DNA from: Curvularia clavata
Taxonomy: Eukaryota
Direction of reading: 5' to 3'
Assembly (NCBI GenBank): GCA_023920165.1
Contig: CP089275.1
Location: 1,798,001-1,862,000, forward strand
Length of the DNA: 64,000 nt
The translations under genes were made by a program, and so were the position numbers. The notes beneath the pieces were generated by a model that had not been told where the DNA came from, ran no database searches, and worked only from the letters and a program-made list of their open reading frames with translations. Below are positions 63,403-64,000 of the stretch, one piece after another (the stretch's first letter is position 1; each line of letters opens with the position of its first letter).

Positions 63403-64000
63403 ATGGACAAGCTTGACATGTCCAACTTCGATGTCTCCAACTTCGACCCCAATGCCATCCTGCGGGGCGCCCAGCTGACCTTGGTCGGTGGTACGTTGCT
63501 GTCCATGACGCTGTCGTGAGCTGCTTTCTGACAGACCACACAGTCAACCGCGCCCTACAGAACCCGCGTCTCTTCACCTCCGACCACTACCGCCAGGCCG
63601 CCATTGCTGTAGCTGCTGGTATCGCCATCCGCATCATCGTAGCCATTCCGGTACGTGCCGCAGCCCAGCCTGCCAGGCAAACAACAAACAGCGTTGCTTA
63701 CACGCCTTAGATTGTCGGTGTACGAGTGTTGCTATGGATAATATCGCTGTTCGTGGACATGAGCCAGACCCAGCTGGACGAGACGGTTATCAATGGCCTC
63801 CATTTCCTTGAGCACTCGGTTCTCCAGGTTCCCTTTTTCCTCATGACTTTGATGCGTTATGTCACGCCAACCCTCGACCAAATGTAAGCTGCCTCCGGTC
63901 GTGTCAGTTCATGACTAAATCCATATCTGCAGGTTCATGGACTCCCTCCGCTGGGTAGACGAGACGTACGTCCAGAAGCACAAGACCGACGACCCCCACA
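63403..64000 (+). CDS. usgS: Transmembrane protein UsgS-like (EI24-related), 5' part; runs off the window
   Basis: SNFDPNAILRGAQLTLVG | NRALQNPRLFTSDHYRQAAIAVAAGIAIR | …SVLQVPFFLMTLMRYVTPTLDQM | FMDSLRWVDETYVQKHK, with three canonical introns. The start is 63403 or 63418. Confidence 0.75.

Noticed and set aside
62466..63416. 316-aa plus-strand ORF
   Set aside because: It spans antisense INP1 exon 1 and the GC-rich INP1/usgS promoter; no domain signature.
1..64000. tRNA, rRNA, CRISPR arrays, intact transposase/RT or Starship captain genes
   Set aside because: None was recognised by eye. A tRNAscan-SE/Infernal run would be needed to exclude small RNAs.

Overview
Eukaryotic genomic DNA from a filamentous ascomycete. 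The GT-AG introns with CTAAC/CTGAC-type branch sites, the Zn2Cys6 factors and the Prb1 sequence suggest a Dothideomycete, probably Pleosporales (inference). Most of the window is an ordinary gene-dense core: cytochrome b5-like protein, VID27, a Zn2Cys6 TF, a DHA1 MFS transporter, a flavodoxin-less diflavin-reductase-like protein, a cupin, MDL1, an RtcA-type cyclase, a Dal5-type MFS, STRAP, a double-Zn2Cys6 TF, BPH1 (BEACH), PRB1, INP1 and usgS. Two accessory zones stand out. (1) At 0.8-3.0 kb there is a decayed, intronless orphan ORF of about 430 codons broken by C>T nonsense changes. (2) At about 43.4-56.8 kb there is an island containing a damaged GMC oxidoreductase, two further gene relics, and a 3.8-kb unit bounded by ~275-305-bp inverted repeats with possible TA target-site duplications. 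That unit carries no transposase, only a RIP-riddled HeLo-like/NACHT/ankyrin NLR gene. The island also holds an intact, intronless 1538-aa protein joining a catalytically complete patatin domain, a PP2-lectin-like domain and a large uncharacterised C-terminal domain. The inverted-repeat NLR cassette and the patatin fusion are the best candidates for an undescribed fungal immunity/allorecognition or mobile system. All gene models were read by eye; no database search was run.
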